The translations under genes and the position numbers were made by a program. A stretch of DNA of 64,000 bases, taken from positions 64,001-128,000 of the forward strand of contig JAVRCV020000031.1 in the NCBI GenBank assembly GCA_034530615.2, in the 5' to 3' direction. Of the stretch, positions 55,389 through 64,000 are shown one piece after another. Under the pieces are notes generated by a model. It ran no database searches. It was not told the origin of the DNA and was given only the letters and a program-made list of their open reading frames with translations. How positions within the stretch are numbered: position 1 is the stretch's first letter; every line of letters begins with the position of its first letter. This stretch comes from Aulosira sp. ZfuVER01. GTDB lineage: Bacteria; Cyanobacteriota; Cyanobacteriia; Cyanobacteriales; Nostocaceae.

Positions 55389-55859
55389 TTATCTATTTTG
55401 TTGTACTGGTGGAGCAACTGCTGCTTTGACAACTACTTTTTTGACACCTTTAATTTGCTTTGCTAAAGGTTCAATTTTAGCTAGTTGTTGCTGGTTATTT
55501 ACAGTTCCACCAATAGTAACTGTGCCATTTTTGTCTGCTTCAACTGTGAGCGCACCATTAGGAATATTCGCCTCTATTTTAGAGCGAACTTCACTAGCAA
55601 GGTCGCCTTCATCTCTTTTTGTATCACCGCCACCAGCATTGTTACGTTGTTCGCGAGCGCGAATATCAGCATTTAATTGATCGCGACGAGTCTGACTCTG
55701 GGCATCTTTTTGAGCAGCTTCCGTTGCTTGAGCATCTGGTCTTTGCACAGCTTCGTTAGGATTAGCGGGTGCTGATTCACTAGTTTTCTCAGTATTATTA
55801 CAAGCAACAGCACCAAAAATTAGAAGACTGCTAATTAAGAAAGGTGTTAGTTTTTTCAT
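55389..55859 (-). CDS. BON domain lipoprotein
   Basis: Lipobox AVAC; LASEVRSKIE..LTVEA..GTVTIGGTV...AKQIKGVKKV. Confidence 0.85.
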   Translation of the reverse strand: MKKLTPFLISSLLIFGAVACNNTEKTSESAPANPNEAVQRPDAQATEAAQKDAQSQTRRDQLNADIRAREQRNNAGGGDTKRDEGDLASEVRSKIEANIPNGALTVEADKNGTVTIGGTVNNQQQLAKIEPLAKQIKGVKKVVVKAAVAPPVQQNR

Positions 55860-55969
55860 TTCTGTTCTCTTGGTATAAATATGCAAATTGTGAGTTGTGC
55901 TGATGTGTGCGGGAGTAGGGAGGAGCAAGTTTTCTTTACTCTTGCTCCCATTGCAGAAATTTTTGCGCC

Positions 55970-57892
55970 TTAGAGGTTTTCATCTCGGCGGTCAACAATA
56001 ACCACAGAAGGCTCTTCTCGATAAACCTCTCCTGGATGAGTGGTGCGAGTTGTATCAACAACCGATCTGTCATGGTGATGCACTCTATCTAGATCGGTGG
56101 CGTCATAGGTTGCGAATTCTTCTATTCCCCGGCGTTTGAGAATAGTTTCAGCTTGGTGAATTTCTGATTCTGTACCATCGACAATTACCAGATAGTCGCC
56201 TCTTTGGAAGCGATCGCTATAAACTCGCGCCCGGTTTTCGGGAATTCCTAAGCCAACCAATCCGCCTGTAATCCCGCCTGCGGCTGCACCTATAGCACCA
56301 CCTGCAACTGTTGTGGCTAAAGCAGTAGCTACTGCACCACCTGCAATTACAGGGCCTACGCCAGGTATTGCTAATGCACCAAGACCGACTAACAGGCCAC
56401 CTAAACCACCGAGAGCTGCACCTGTAGCTGCACCAGCTTTTGCACCTTCATCTGCTTTAGTTGTTGTAGCGACGTTTCTATCTACACCAGTATTCACGCC
56501 CCCAGCGTTCACACCAGCAATGCGATCGCCTTCATTATGTTTTGCAATGATCGAGACTCGACTCATGGGGAAACCAGCATCTCGCAGTTCTGTCAATGCG
56601 GCTTCTGCATCGCGACGGTGAGCAAACACACCAATCGCCCGTTTATTTAAGCGAGCATCAACTGGTCTGTCGTGGTGATGCACTCTATCTATATCAGTAG
56701 CGTCATAAACTGCGAATTCTTCAATTCCCCGACGTTTGAGAATAGTTTCAGCTTGATGGACTTCTGATTCTGTACCATCAACGATGACTAGATAGTCGCC
56801 TCTACCGAAGCGATCGCTATAAACTCGCGCCCGGTTTTCGGGAATTCCTAAGCCAACCAATCCACCTGTAATTCCACCAGCGGCTGCACCCACAGCACCA
56901 CCAGCTACGGCGGTGGCGATCGCTGTAGCTGCTGCACCACCTGCAATTACAGGGCCAACTCCGGGGATTGCTAAAGCACCCAGGCCTACCAACAAACCGC
57001 CCAAACCGCCGAGTGCTGCACCTGTAGCGGCTCCGGCTTTTGCACCTTCATCTGCTTTATTACCTCTGCCGACGTTTCTATCTACACCAGTGTTCACGTC
57101 AGTAGTGTTAACGCCAGCAATGCGATCGCCATCTGTATTTTTAGCAATCAGTGAAACTCGACTCATCGGGAAACCAGCATCTCGCAGTTCAGTTAATGCT
57201 GCTTCTGCATCTCGACGGTGAGCAAACACACCAATCGCTCGTTTCTGTCTTACAACATCTCCACGAGTACCAACGGGAGTATGAGGAACAGCGCTGACTA
57301 CACGATCTCCATGAGCACCAACGGGTGTACCAGGAACATCATATTCGCTGCGTGGTCGGTCATAAACATTGAACTCTTCGATATTCCAACGTCTGAGAAT
57401 AAGTTCGGCTCTAGCAATTTCTTCGTCTGTACCATCTACTATTACTAGATAGCCACCTCGCTCCACTCGTTCGTTATAAACTCTGGCTCGTTCTTCGGGA
57501 ATTCCTAAACCAATCAATCCGCCAAGTAAACTACCCGCTGCTGCACCAATACCTGCGCCAGCTAGAGTTGTAGCTATAGCAGTGGCTGTTGCACCAGCAA
57601 GCATGATTGGGCCAATTCCGGGGATTGCTAAAGTGCCAAGACCTACCAACAAGCCAGTCAGACCACCCAAAGCACCACCTGTAACTGCGCCGGTTTTTGC
57701 ACCTTCATCAGCTTTATCACCAACCTTCTCTGTCACCGGAGTACCAGCAATTTCACCATTATGGTCTCTATCTCTGGCAATTACAGATACTCTATCCATG
57801 ACGATGCCAGCATTGCCTAACTCGCGCAGTGCTTGTTCAGCATCACTACGATTATGAAATACGCCTATAGCACGTCTAGTTACTACAGTCAT
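55970..57892 (-). CDS. General-stress-like (YflT/17M-like plus glycine zipper) protein with three tandem modules
   Basis: Three copies of RAIGVF..R.DAE.AL.EL / GA.TG.ALGG.GGLLVGLG.LAIPG.GP / LG.PE.RARVY..R..RG.YLVIVDG. Confidence 0.85.
   Translation of the reverse strand: MTVVTRRAIGVFHNRSDAEQALRELGNAGIVMDRVSVIARDRDHNGEIAGTPVTEKVGDKADEGAKTGAVTGGALGGLTGLLVGLGTLAIPGIGPIMLAGATATAIATTLAGAGIGAAAGSLLGGLIGLGIPEERARVYNERVERGGYLVIVDGTDEEIARAELILRRWNIEEFNVYDRPRSEYDVPGTPVGAHGDRVVSAVPHTPVGTRGDVVRQKRAIGVFAHRRDAEAALTELRDAGFPMSRVSLIAKNTDGDRIAGVNTTDVNTGVDRNVGRGNKADEGAKAGAATGAALGGLGGLLVGLGALAIPGVGPVIAGGAAATAIATAVAGGAVGAAAGGITGGLVGLGIPENRARVYSDRFGRGDYLVIVDGTESEVHQAETILKRRGIEEFAVYDATDIDRVHHHDRPVDARLNKRAIGVFAHRRDAEAALTELRDAGFPMSRVSIIAKHNEGDRIAGVNAGGVNTGVDRNVATTTKADEGAKAGAATGAALGGLGGLLVGLGALAIPGVGPVIAGGAVATALATTVAGGAIGAAAGGITGGLVGLGIPENRARVYSDRFQRGDYLVIVDGTESEIHQAETILKRRGIEEFATYDATDLDRVHHHDRSVVDTTRTTHPGEVYREEPSVVIVDRRDENL
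56066..57243. repeat. About 600-bp intragenic direct repeat (two highly similar copies)
   Basis: Sequence lines 56161/56761, 56221/56821 and 56581/57181 align at an offset of exactly 600 nt. Confidence 0.92.
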
Positions 57893-58451
57893 TTGTTTCT
57901 CCCAAATAAGAAAATCACTTAAACAGCTAATTTATTAAGCTCACTGAGCCTAATGTAGGCTTTTTTTTAATTACTTTTCATCAATCATTCGGCTGAAATT
58001 ATCTATCTATCATTGGATATAGATGAGTTAATCAATCTCTTAAATAATGGTCAGATTTTTTGTTAAAAAAGGAATTTTTTCACATGAGATTTTTTGCTTT
58101 ATTCGATATTTGTTGCTGTATTTAAGGTTTTACTCTGTTAAAGAAAGAATTTTTTATGCTTTTAAATAAATAAAACAATTTTTATTAAAACATTCTCTTA
58201 ATTCAAAGCAAGCTTTTGTATTAAATTAAGATTTTGTTATTTGTAAAGAGTTTTTTGTGCAACACATTCATTGCTCAAGTTAACAAAGTAAATAATGGTA
58301 TATATACTTAATCATTGAGAAGTATAACTTTTGATTGATAGATTTATTACTTAGGAAAGTGTATGTACCTATCACTGGTTTATAGACTGATAAATAAGCC
58401 ATTTCCTAGAGAAATGGAAGTTCAACCATCAAACGTAAGAGAGATAATTCT

Positions 58452-61400
58452 ATGTTTCAAAATTTTGAAACTATGTTGAGATGGGACTGGCTACCGTTGG
58501 GTGTAACATCCACAAGCGGAATACCAGAAATTATCAGTCCAGAAAGAGTATCAGTTGTCTTTTCCAGCCCTAAATTTTTTGTGGCATTTTTGGCTGGTAC
58601 TTTAATGGCATTAGCTTTTCAATTACTGTTAACAAACTTTTCCGTAGCGGCAGGCATTTCATCATGGGATTTTGATGATGATGATAGCGATCGCTCAGAA
58701 AGTTTGGGTCACAAAATTCGCGAAGTAGAAGGTAAAATTGGTATTTGGGCATTAATTACCGCTACAATTTCGTTATTTGCTGCTAGTTTTTTAGCGGTGA
58801 AACTAAGTTTAATTCAAAGTGCCCTGTTTGGAGCTATTATCGGTGTAGTTATCTGGTCTACCTTTTTCTTTTTGATAGTTTGGTTAGGTTCATCGACGGT
58901 AGGTTCTTTAATTGGTTCTCTGGCTCACACCTTTACTTCTGGCTTGCAAAGCCTCATGGGTACTGCAACTGCTGGGATTGGTGCAAATGTAGCTCAAAGA
59001 CAAATGGTTTCTACTGCTGAGGAAATCACAGCTGCTGTGCGGCGAGAATTAACTTCAGGTTTTGACCCTGACAGTATTAGGAATACGCTACAAAGTTCCT
59101 TAAATTCTCTGCAAATACCAAACCTAGATTTAAAAGAAATTCGCTCTCAATTTGATAAGATACTTAGCGATGTCGATTTCCAAGGAATCGCTAATAGTGA
59201 TGTGCTACGCAATATCAATCGCCAGACATTTGTTGATTTAATTAGCGATCGCTCAAATTTATCTCCAGGCGATGTCAATAAAATTGCCGATCAATTAGAA
59301 GCTGCTTGGCAACAAGCTTCATCGCGGAGAAATCCCACAGAGATAGTAATTAATTTGCTCAAATCTGCCACTCCTGAAGAATTGAAATCAGAAAATTTAG
59401 GGGAACGGCTTCAGCAATTGGTTGGAGTCGGCGGAGGAAGAGGAAATGGTAACGGTAGCAATGGCGTACTCAAGCAAGCTGTTCAATATGGTGTAGGTGC
59501 GGCTGTCCCATTAGTATTAGATCGGGCTGATCTGTCTAATATAGATGTGGGTAAAATCACAAATGAGTTGCAAAAACTGAAAGACAAAGTTCAAGATATC
59601 GATGTTGAGAAAATCACTCACGAACTGCAACACTTCACAGAGAAAACTACGGAGCAAGTAGCGCAGAAATTACCAACATCTAACCGCAACAATATTAAAG
59701 CAGATGTAGAAGAATACATCTCGAATTCTTTCCCTTGGCATTTTAACCGCCTGACGATTAAAGATGAATTCCAAGATGCCATATACGATCCACAAGCAGA
59801 TCCAGCTACTACGCGCAGAGAGTTAGAAGGAATCAATCAAGAGTTCCTAACCGAATTGCTAATACGGCGAAGCGATATCAGTGAAGCGAGAGTCAAAGAA
59901 ATCGTCCAGCAGCTAGAAAGCATTCGCCAGGAAGTTTTACAAACTGTGCAACAGTCAAATGCACGAGAACAATGGCAAGACTTGCGCACCCAGATTGAAA
60001 ATTATCTGCGTTCCACAGGCAAAGAACAACTCAATCCGGAAAATATTCAACGTAATTTTGCAGAGTTACTAGAAGATCCACAAGCGAGTTTAGAAGATTT
60101 AAGAGGACGCTTCTCGCAATTTGACCGTGAGACATTTGTCCAAGTTCTCCAGCAACGTCAAGACCTCAGCCAAGAGGAAGCCAATAATATTGTTAGTCAA
60201 CTCGAAAGCACTCGCGACTCTGTATTAAATCGTGCTAGAGAATTGCAAGACCAAGCACAAGCAAAAACCGCTGAACTACGCCAAAGAGTAGAAGACTACC
60301 TACGCAATACTAACAAGGAAGAACTGAATCCTGAAGGTATCAAACGCGATTTTAGAACTTTACTCGAAGACCCACAAGCAGGTATTTCTGCGTTACGCGA
60401 TCGCCTATCGCAATTTGATCGTGATACTCTGGTGCAACTACTCTCTCAGCGTCAAGATTTGAGCGAAGAACAGGTTAACCAAACTATCGATCAGCTAGAA
60501 GGTGTACGGGATAACATCTTGCAAGCACCCCAAGCATTAGCAGGTAAAGCTAAAGAACAATACGAACAAACTAGCGCCAAAATCGCAGAATATCTGCGTA
60601 ATACCAATCTCGAAGAACTCAACCCTGAAGGTATCAGACGAGATTTAGAAACTCTACTTTCCGATCCGAGAGAAGGTGCTGCGGCTTTACGCGATCGCCT
60701 ATCACAATTCGATCGTGATACTTTGGTACAACTCCTTAGCCAACGCGGAAACTTGAGCGAGGAGCAAATTAATCGCACTATCGACCAAGTTCAAGAAGCG
60801 ATTAGTAGTATTGTCAAAGCACCACAACGCTTGGCAAACCGCACTACACAAAGGGTTGTAGATTTTGGTAAGAGTCTGGAGAATTACCTGCGTCACACTA
60901 ATAAAGAAGAACTCAACCCTGAAAGTATCAAGCGCGATTTGCAATTACTGTTGCAAGATCCACGATTGGGAATTGGCAATTTAAGCGATCGCCTTGCTAG
61001 ATTCGACCGTTCGACAATTGTCAGTTTACTATCGCAACGGGAAGATATCTCAGAAGAAGAAGCCAACCGAATTGTCGATCAAATTGAGTCTGTGCGCGAC
61101 TCCTTGAGTAAGCAATATCAGCAGATTCAACAAAGAGTACAATCGGTTGTTGATAACTCCTTTGGTAGAATTCGCGATTATCTCAACTCCCTGGATCGTC
61201 CAGAACTTAACTACGACAACATTAAGCAAGACTTTGCTAAATTGTTTGACGATCCGCAAGCTGGATTTGAAGCCTTACGCGATCGCCTCAGCCACTTTGA
61301 TCGTGATACTCTAGTTGCGCTCATCAGTTCGCGCCGCGATATTACCCAAGAAGATGCTACCCGCATTATCGATCAAGTAGAAGCAGCGCGAGATAGCGTA

Positions 61401-61604
61401 CTGCATCGTGCCGAACGCATCCAGCAAGAAGCGCAAAAACGCATCAAAGCAATTCAACACCAAGCGAAAAAGCAAGCTGAATCAACCAAAAAAACCGTTG
61501 CAACTGCGGCTTGGTGGCTATTTGGGACAGCGCTAACTTCTCTGGTTGCAAGTGCGATCGCTGGAGTCATCGCCGCCACAGGTGGTTTAAACTTCATCAG
61601 CTAA
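58452..61604 (+). CDS. Large membrane-anchored helical repeat protein (N- and C-terminal TMs, 98-aa repeats)
   Basis: About 3 N-terminal TMs; C-terminal AAWWLF TM; repeated YLR.T.KEELNPE.I.RD...LL.DP...LRDRLSQFDR.TLV.LLSQR.D.S.E. Confidence 0.85.
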   Translation: MFQNFETMLRWDWLPLGVTSTSGIPEIISPERVSVVFSSPKFFVAFLAGTLMALAFQLLLTNFSVAAGISSWDFDDDDSDRSESLGHKIREVEGKIGIWALITATISLFAASFLAVKLSLIQSALFGAIIGVVIWSTFFFLIVWLGSSTVGSLIGSLAHTFTSGLQSLMGTATAGIGANVAQRQMVSTAEEITAAVRRELTSGFDPDSIRNTLQSSLNSLQIPNLDLKEIRSQFDKILSDVDFQGIANSDVLRNINRQTFVDLISDRSNLSPGDVNKIADQLEAAWQQASSRRNPTEIVINLLKSATPEELKSENLGERLQQLVGVGGGRGNGNGSNGVLKQAVQYGVGAAVPLVLDRADLSNIDVGKITNELQKLKDKVQDIDVEKITHELQHFTEKTTEQVAQKLPTSNRNNIKADVEEYISNSFPWHFNRLTIKDEFQDAIYDPQADPATTRRELEGINQEFLTELLIRRSDISEARVKEIVQQLESIRQEVLQTVQQSNAREQWQDLRTQIENYLRSTGKEQLNPENIQRNFAELLEDPQASLEDLRGRFSQFDRETFVQVLQQRQDLSQEEANNIVSQLESTRDSVLNRARELQDQAQAKTAELRQRVEDYLRNTNKEELNPEGIKRDFRTLLEDPQAGISALRDRLSQFDRDTLVQLLSQRQDLSEEQVNQTIDQLEGVRDNILQAPQALAGKAKEQYEQTSAKIAEYLRNTNLEELNPEGIRRDLETLLSDPREGAAALRDRLSQFDRDTLVQLLSQRGNLSEEQINRTIDQVQEAISSIVKAPQRLANRTTQRVVDFGKSLENYLRHTNKEELNPESIKRDLQLLLQDPRLGIGNLSDRLARFDRSTIVSLLSQREDISEEEANRIVDQIESVRDSLSKQYQQIQQRVQSVVDNSFGRIRDYLNSLDRPELNYDNIKQDFAKLFDDPQAGFEALRDRLSHFDRDTLVALISSRRDITQEDATRIIDQVEAARDSVLHRAERIQQEAQKRIKAIQHQAKKQAESTKKTVATAAWWLFGTALTSLVASAIAGVIAATGGLNFIS

Positions 61605-61633
61605 ACTATCCCCTCCCTGGCTGCTTTATTGTT

Positions 61634-61665
61634 AGGGTGCGTTATGCCGTAGGCTAACGCATCCC
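61634..61665 (+). terminator. REP-like hairpin/terminator after the 1050-aa gene
   Basis: GGGTGCGTTA...TAACGCATCC; same family as 37933-37964. Confidence 0.6.
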
Positions 61666-61957
61666 ACCAAATGAAAACTATAAATATGTAATTCCGTTTG
61701 CATAAGTCTGCTTCGCCTAAATTACAGGTTGTGAGCAGGCTTATTTTTTGATTTAGGACTTACACAAAACCTCTTAAACTCTTATTCCTCAGTGTACTTT
61801 GCGTTCTCTGTGGTTCGTTAGATTTAGTTTTATTTAGCTATCAAAAGTTAATCGATTAGTTTGGGAATCATTAACATGTCCAACAAAGGATTGATCGGAC
61901 TGAAGCTGTTCTATCTCCAACCCTTAAACATACATCTGTATTAATACCTAAAAAACA

Positions 61958-64000
61958 ATGCTAATGCTTCCTGGTTATATTTTCGTAGAAACCCTCAATG
62001 AAGGCATTGATAACATTATTTATCGAGCTATCAAACAGGTAGACAAAACTCCCGTCATCATTAAAGTACTGAAATCTGAATATCCAACCTTAAAAGAGTT
62101 AACCGGACTAAAACTTGAATATCAAGTCCTGAACAGCTTAAAAGGCACTACCGGAGTTATTCAGCCCTTGAGTTTAGAAAAGCATCAAAATGGGTTTGCA
62201 CTAGTTTTAGAAGATTTAAGCACCATATCACTCAAGCATTTTATCGATACAAATCAATTATCATTAAAAAATTTCCTGATTATAGCTACTCAATTAGCAT
62301 CGGCTTTAGCAAACATCCATAATCAGCAAGTTATTCATAAAGATATCAAGCCTCACAATATTATTATTAATCCTCAAAATTTCACTGTTAAACTCATCGA
62401 CTTTAGTATTGCCTCACACTTATCTAGAGAAAACCCAACTATCAGCAATTCCAACTTAATCGAAGGCACACTTGCCTATATGTCTCCTGAACAAACTGGC
62501 AGAATGAATCGGTCACTTGATTATCGTACCGATTTTTATTCTTTAGGAGTCACCTTTTATCAAATGCTAACTGCATTGCTACCGTTTGAGAGCAACGATC
62601 CTCTAGAAATTATTCACTCCCACATTGCGAAAAATCCCCCTTCGCCTCACGAAATTAATTCAGAAATTCCCCCAGTAGTTTCTGAAATTATTATGAAACT
62701 CTTAGCCAAAACAGCAGAAGATAGATATCAAAGTGCCTTAGGTTTAAAAGCAGATTTAGACTTATGTCTCCAGCAGTTAGAAAATAATGGGCAAATTGCT
62801 GAATTTATTATTGGACAATTAGATTTATCTGGCCAATTTATCATTCCACAAAAACTTTATGGTAGGGAAGAAGAAGTAAATACATTATTAAATGCCTTTG
62901 AGCGGATCAGCAAAGGTAAATCCGAGATGATGCTGGTATCAGGATACTCTGGAATTGGTAAATCTTCTTTAGTAAATGAAATTCATAAACCAATTGTCCG
63001 CCAGAGAGGATATTTTATTTCGGGTAAATTTGACCAATTTAAACGGAATATACCTTATGCTTCCTTAATTCAAGCTTTTCAAGAATTAATGCGGCAACTG
63101 TTAACAGAAAGTGTTGAATCTTTAGCAGCTTGGAAATCCAAATTATTAACAGCACTTGGGAAAAATGGACAAATAATCATAGATGTTATACCAGAAGTAG
63201 AACGGATTATTGGTTTTCAGCCTGCGGTACCACAATTAGGAGCAGCAGAATCACAAAATCGTTTTAATCGGGTTTTTCAACAGTTTATTCATGTCTTTAC
63301 TAAACGAGAACATCCCCTAGTTTTATTTTTAGACGATTTACAGTGGGCAGATTCAGCTTCTTTAAAGTTGATTGAGCTAATTATTACCGACCAGGAAAGC
63401 GAATATTTATTATTAATTGGTGCTTATCGTGATAATGAAGTCCATACAACGCATCCTTTAGTTCATACATTAGAGCAAATTCAGTTAATTAGGAATACTA
63501 TCAATAATATTGTTCTCAGAACTTTGGATATTGATTGCGTTAATCAGTTAGTCTCTGATACTCTACGTAGCAGCAACTTAACAGTTAAATCGCTAGCTGA
63601 GTTGGTTTTTAACAAAACCCAAGGCAATCCCTTTTTCTTAACTCAATTACTCCAATATCTGTATCAAGAAAATTTATTAAATTTTAATTTTTCTGAAGGT
63701 AGATGGCAATGTGATATTGAACAACTTAAAGATATTAACAATACAGATAATGTTGTTGACTTAATGGTCAGCCAAATTCAAAAGCTGTCACCAGAGACAA
63801 TTAATGTTTTAAAAATAGCGGCTTGTATCGGAGATAAGTTTACTTTAGAAGTTTTGGCAACCGTTAATCAAACAACTCACTCAGAAACCGCAGCAGATTT
63901 ATGGCAAGCTCTGCAAGCAGGTTTAATTTTCCCCTTAAACAATTCCTACAAAATACCCCTATTATTTGAACAAGAGGAAATAGAACATCAGGGAGAACAA
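61958..64000 (+). CDS. Ser/Thr kinase - AAA ATPase hybrid protein, HstK-like (3' partial)
   Basis: Not in the ORF track. Manual translation from ATG 61958 gives PVIIKVLK, HKDIKPHN, DFS, GTLAYMSPEQTGRMNR, LYGRE, Walker A GYSGIGKS, LFLDDLQWAD, GNPFF. Confidence 0.92.
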   Translation, partial: MLMLPGYIFVETLNEGIDNIIYRAIKQVDKTPVIIKVLKSEYPTLKELTGLKLEYQVLNSLKGTTGVIQPLSLEKHQNGFALVLEDLSTISLKHFIDTNQLSLKNFLIIATQLASALANIHNQQVIHKDIKPHNIIINPQNFTVKLIDFSIASHLSRENPTISNSNLIEGTLAYMSPEQTGRMNRSLDYRTDFYSLGVTFYQMLTALLPFESNDPLEIIHSHIAKNPPSPHEINSEIPPVVSEIIMKLLAKTAEDRYQSALGLKADLDLCLQQLENNGQIAEFIIGQLDLSGQFIIPQKLYGREEEVNTLLNAFERISKGKSEMMLVSGYSGIGKSSLVNEIHKPIVRQRGYFISGKFDQFKRNIPYASLIQAFQELMRQLLTESVESLAAWKSKLLTALGKNGQIIIDVIPEVERIIGFQPAVPQLGAAESQNRFNRVFQQFIHVFTKREHPLVLFLDDLQWADSASLKLIELIITDQESEYLLLIGAYRDNEVHTTHPLVHTLEQIQLIRNTINNIVLRTLDIDCVNQLVSDTLRSSNLTVKSLAELVFNKTQGNPFFLTQLLQYLYQENLLNFNFSEGRWQCDIEQLKDINNTDNVVDLMVSQIQKLSPETINVLKIAACIGDKFTLEVLATVNQTTHSETAADLWQALQAGLIFPLNNSYKIPLLFEQEEIEHQGEQ

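Noticed and set aside
56313..57857. Three similar Ala/Pro-rich + strand ORFs
   Set aside because: Antisense shadows of the repeated glycine-zipper modules
58452..61604. MFS transporter call for the 1050-aa protein
   Set aside because: Only about 4 TM segments; the bulk is soluble helical repeats with no MFS motifs
1..64000. Abundant GCGATCGC octamers as a novel signal
   Set aside because: This is the well-known cyanobacterial HIP1 repeat

Overview
64 kb of chromosome from a cyanobacterium, most likely a heterocystous Nostocales strain. Evidence: dozens of HIP1 GCGATCGC octamers, heptameric STRR tandem repeats, and the rbpD-fbp-tal-zwf-opcA gene order. Most of the window is core: hrcA (partial), cysE, intein-free class II nrdJ, the oxidative pentose phosphate operon, cobB, UPF0182, lysS, glgA and hemC. 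Two segments stand out. (1) An accessory island at about 40.8-46.7 kb carries LprI, a hicB-hicA toxin-antitoxin pair bracketed by degenerate 21-bp HIP1-containing repeats, and a frameshifted HUH/RAYT-type transposase remnant. It also has a tandem pair of AAA_35 (STAND-like) NTPases: CHAT protease-AAA_35, then AAA_35-TM-TPR-GUN4. This pair is the best candidate for an uncharacterised immune-like or signalling system. (2) A 7.6-kb putative stress/desiccation envelope cluster at 53.9-61.6 kb encodes an acidic hydrophilin-like protein, a CAAD/CurT-like protein, a BON lipoprotein, a triple-repeat glycine-zipper protein and a 1050-aa membrane-anchored protein with exact 294-bp repeats. Many small dispersed or nested palindromic elements sit between genes, and one STRR lies in frame inside cobB. 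No rRNA, tRNA or CRISPR array was seen. All family assignments come from motif recognition by eye; no database searches were run.
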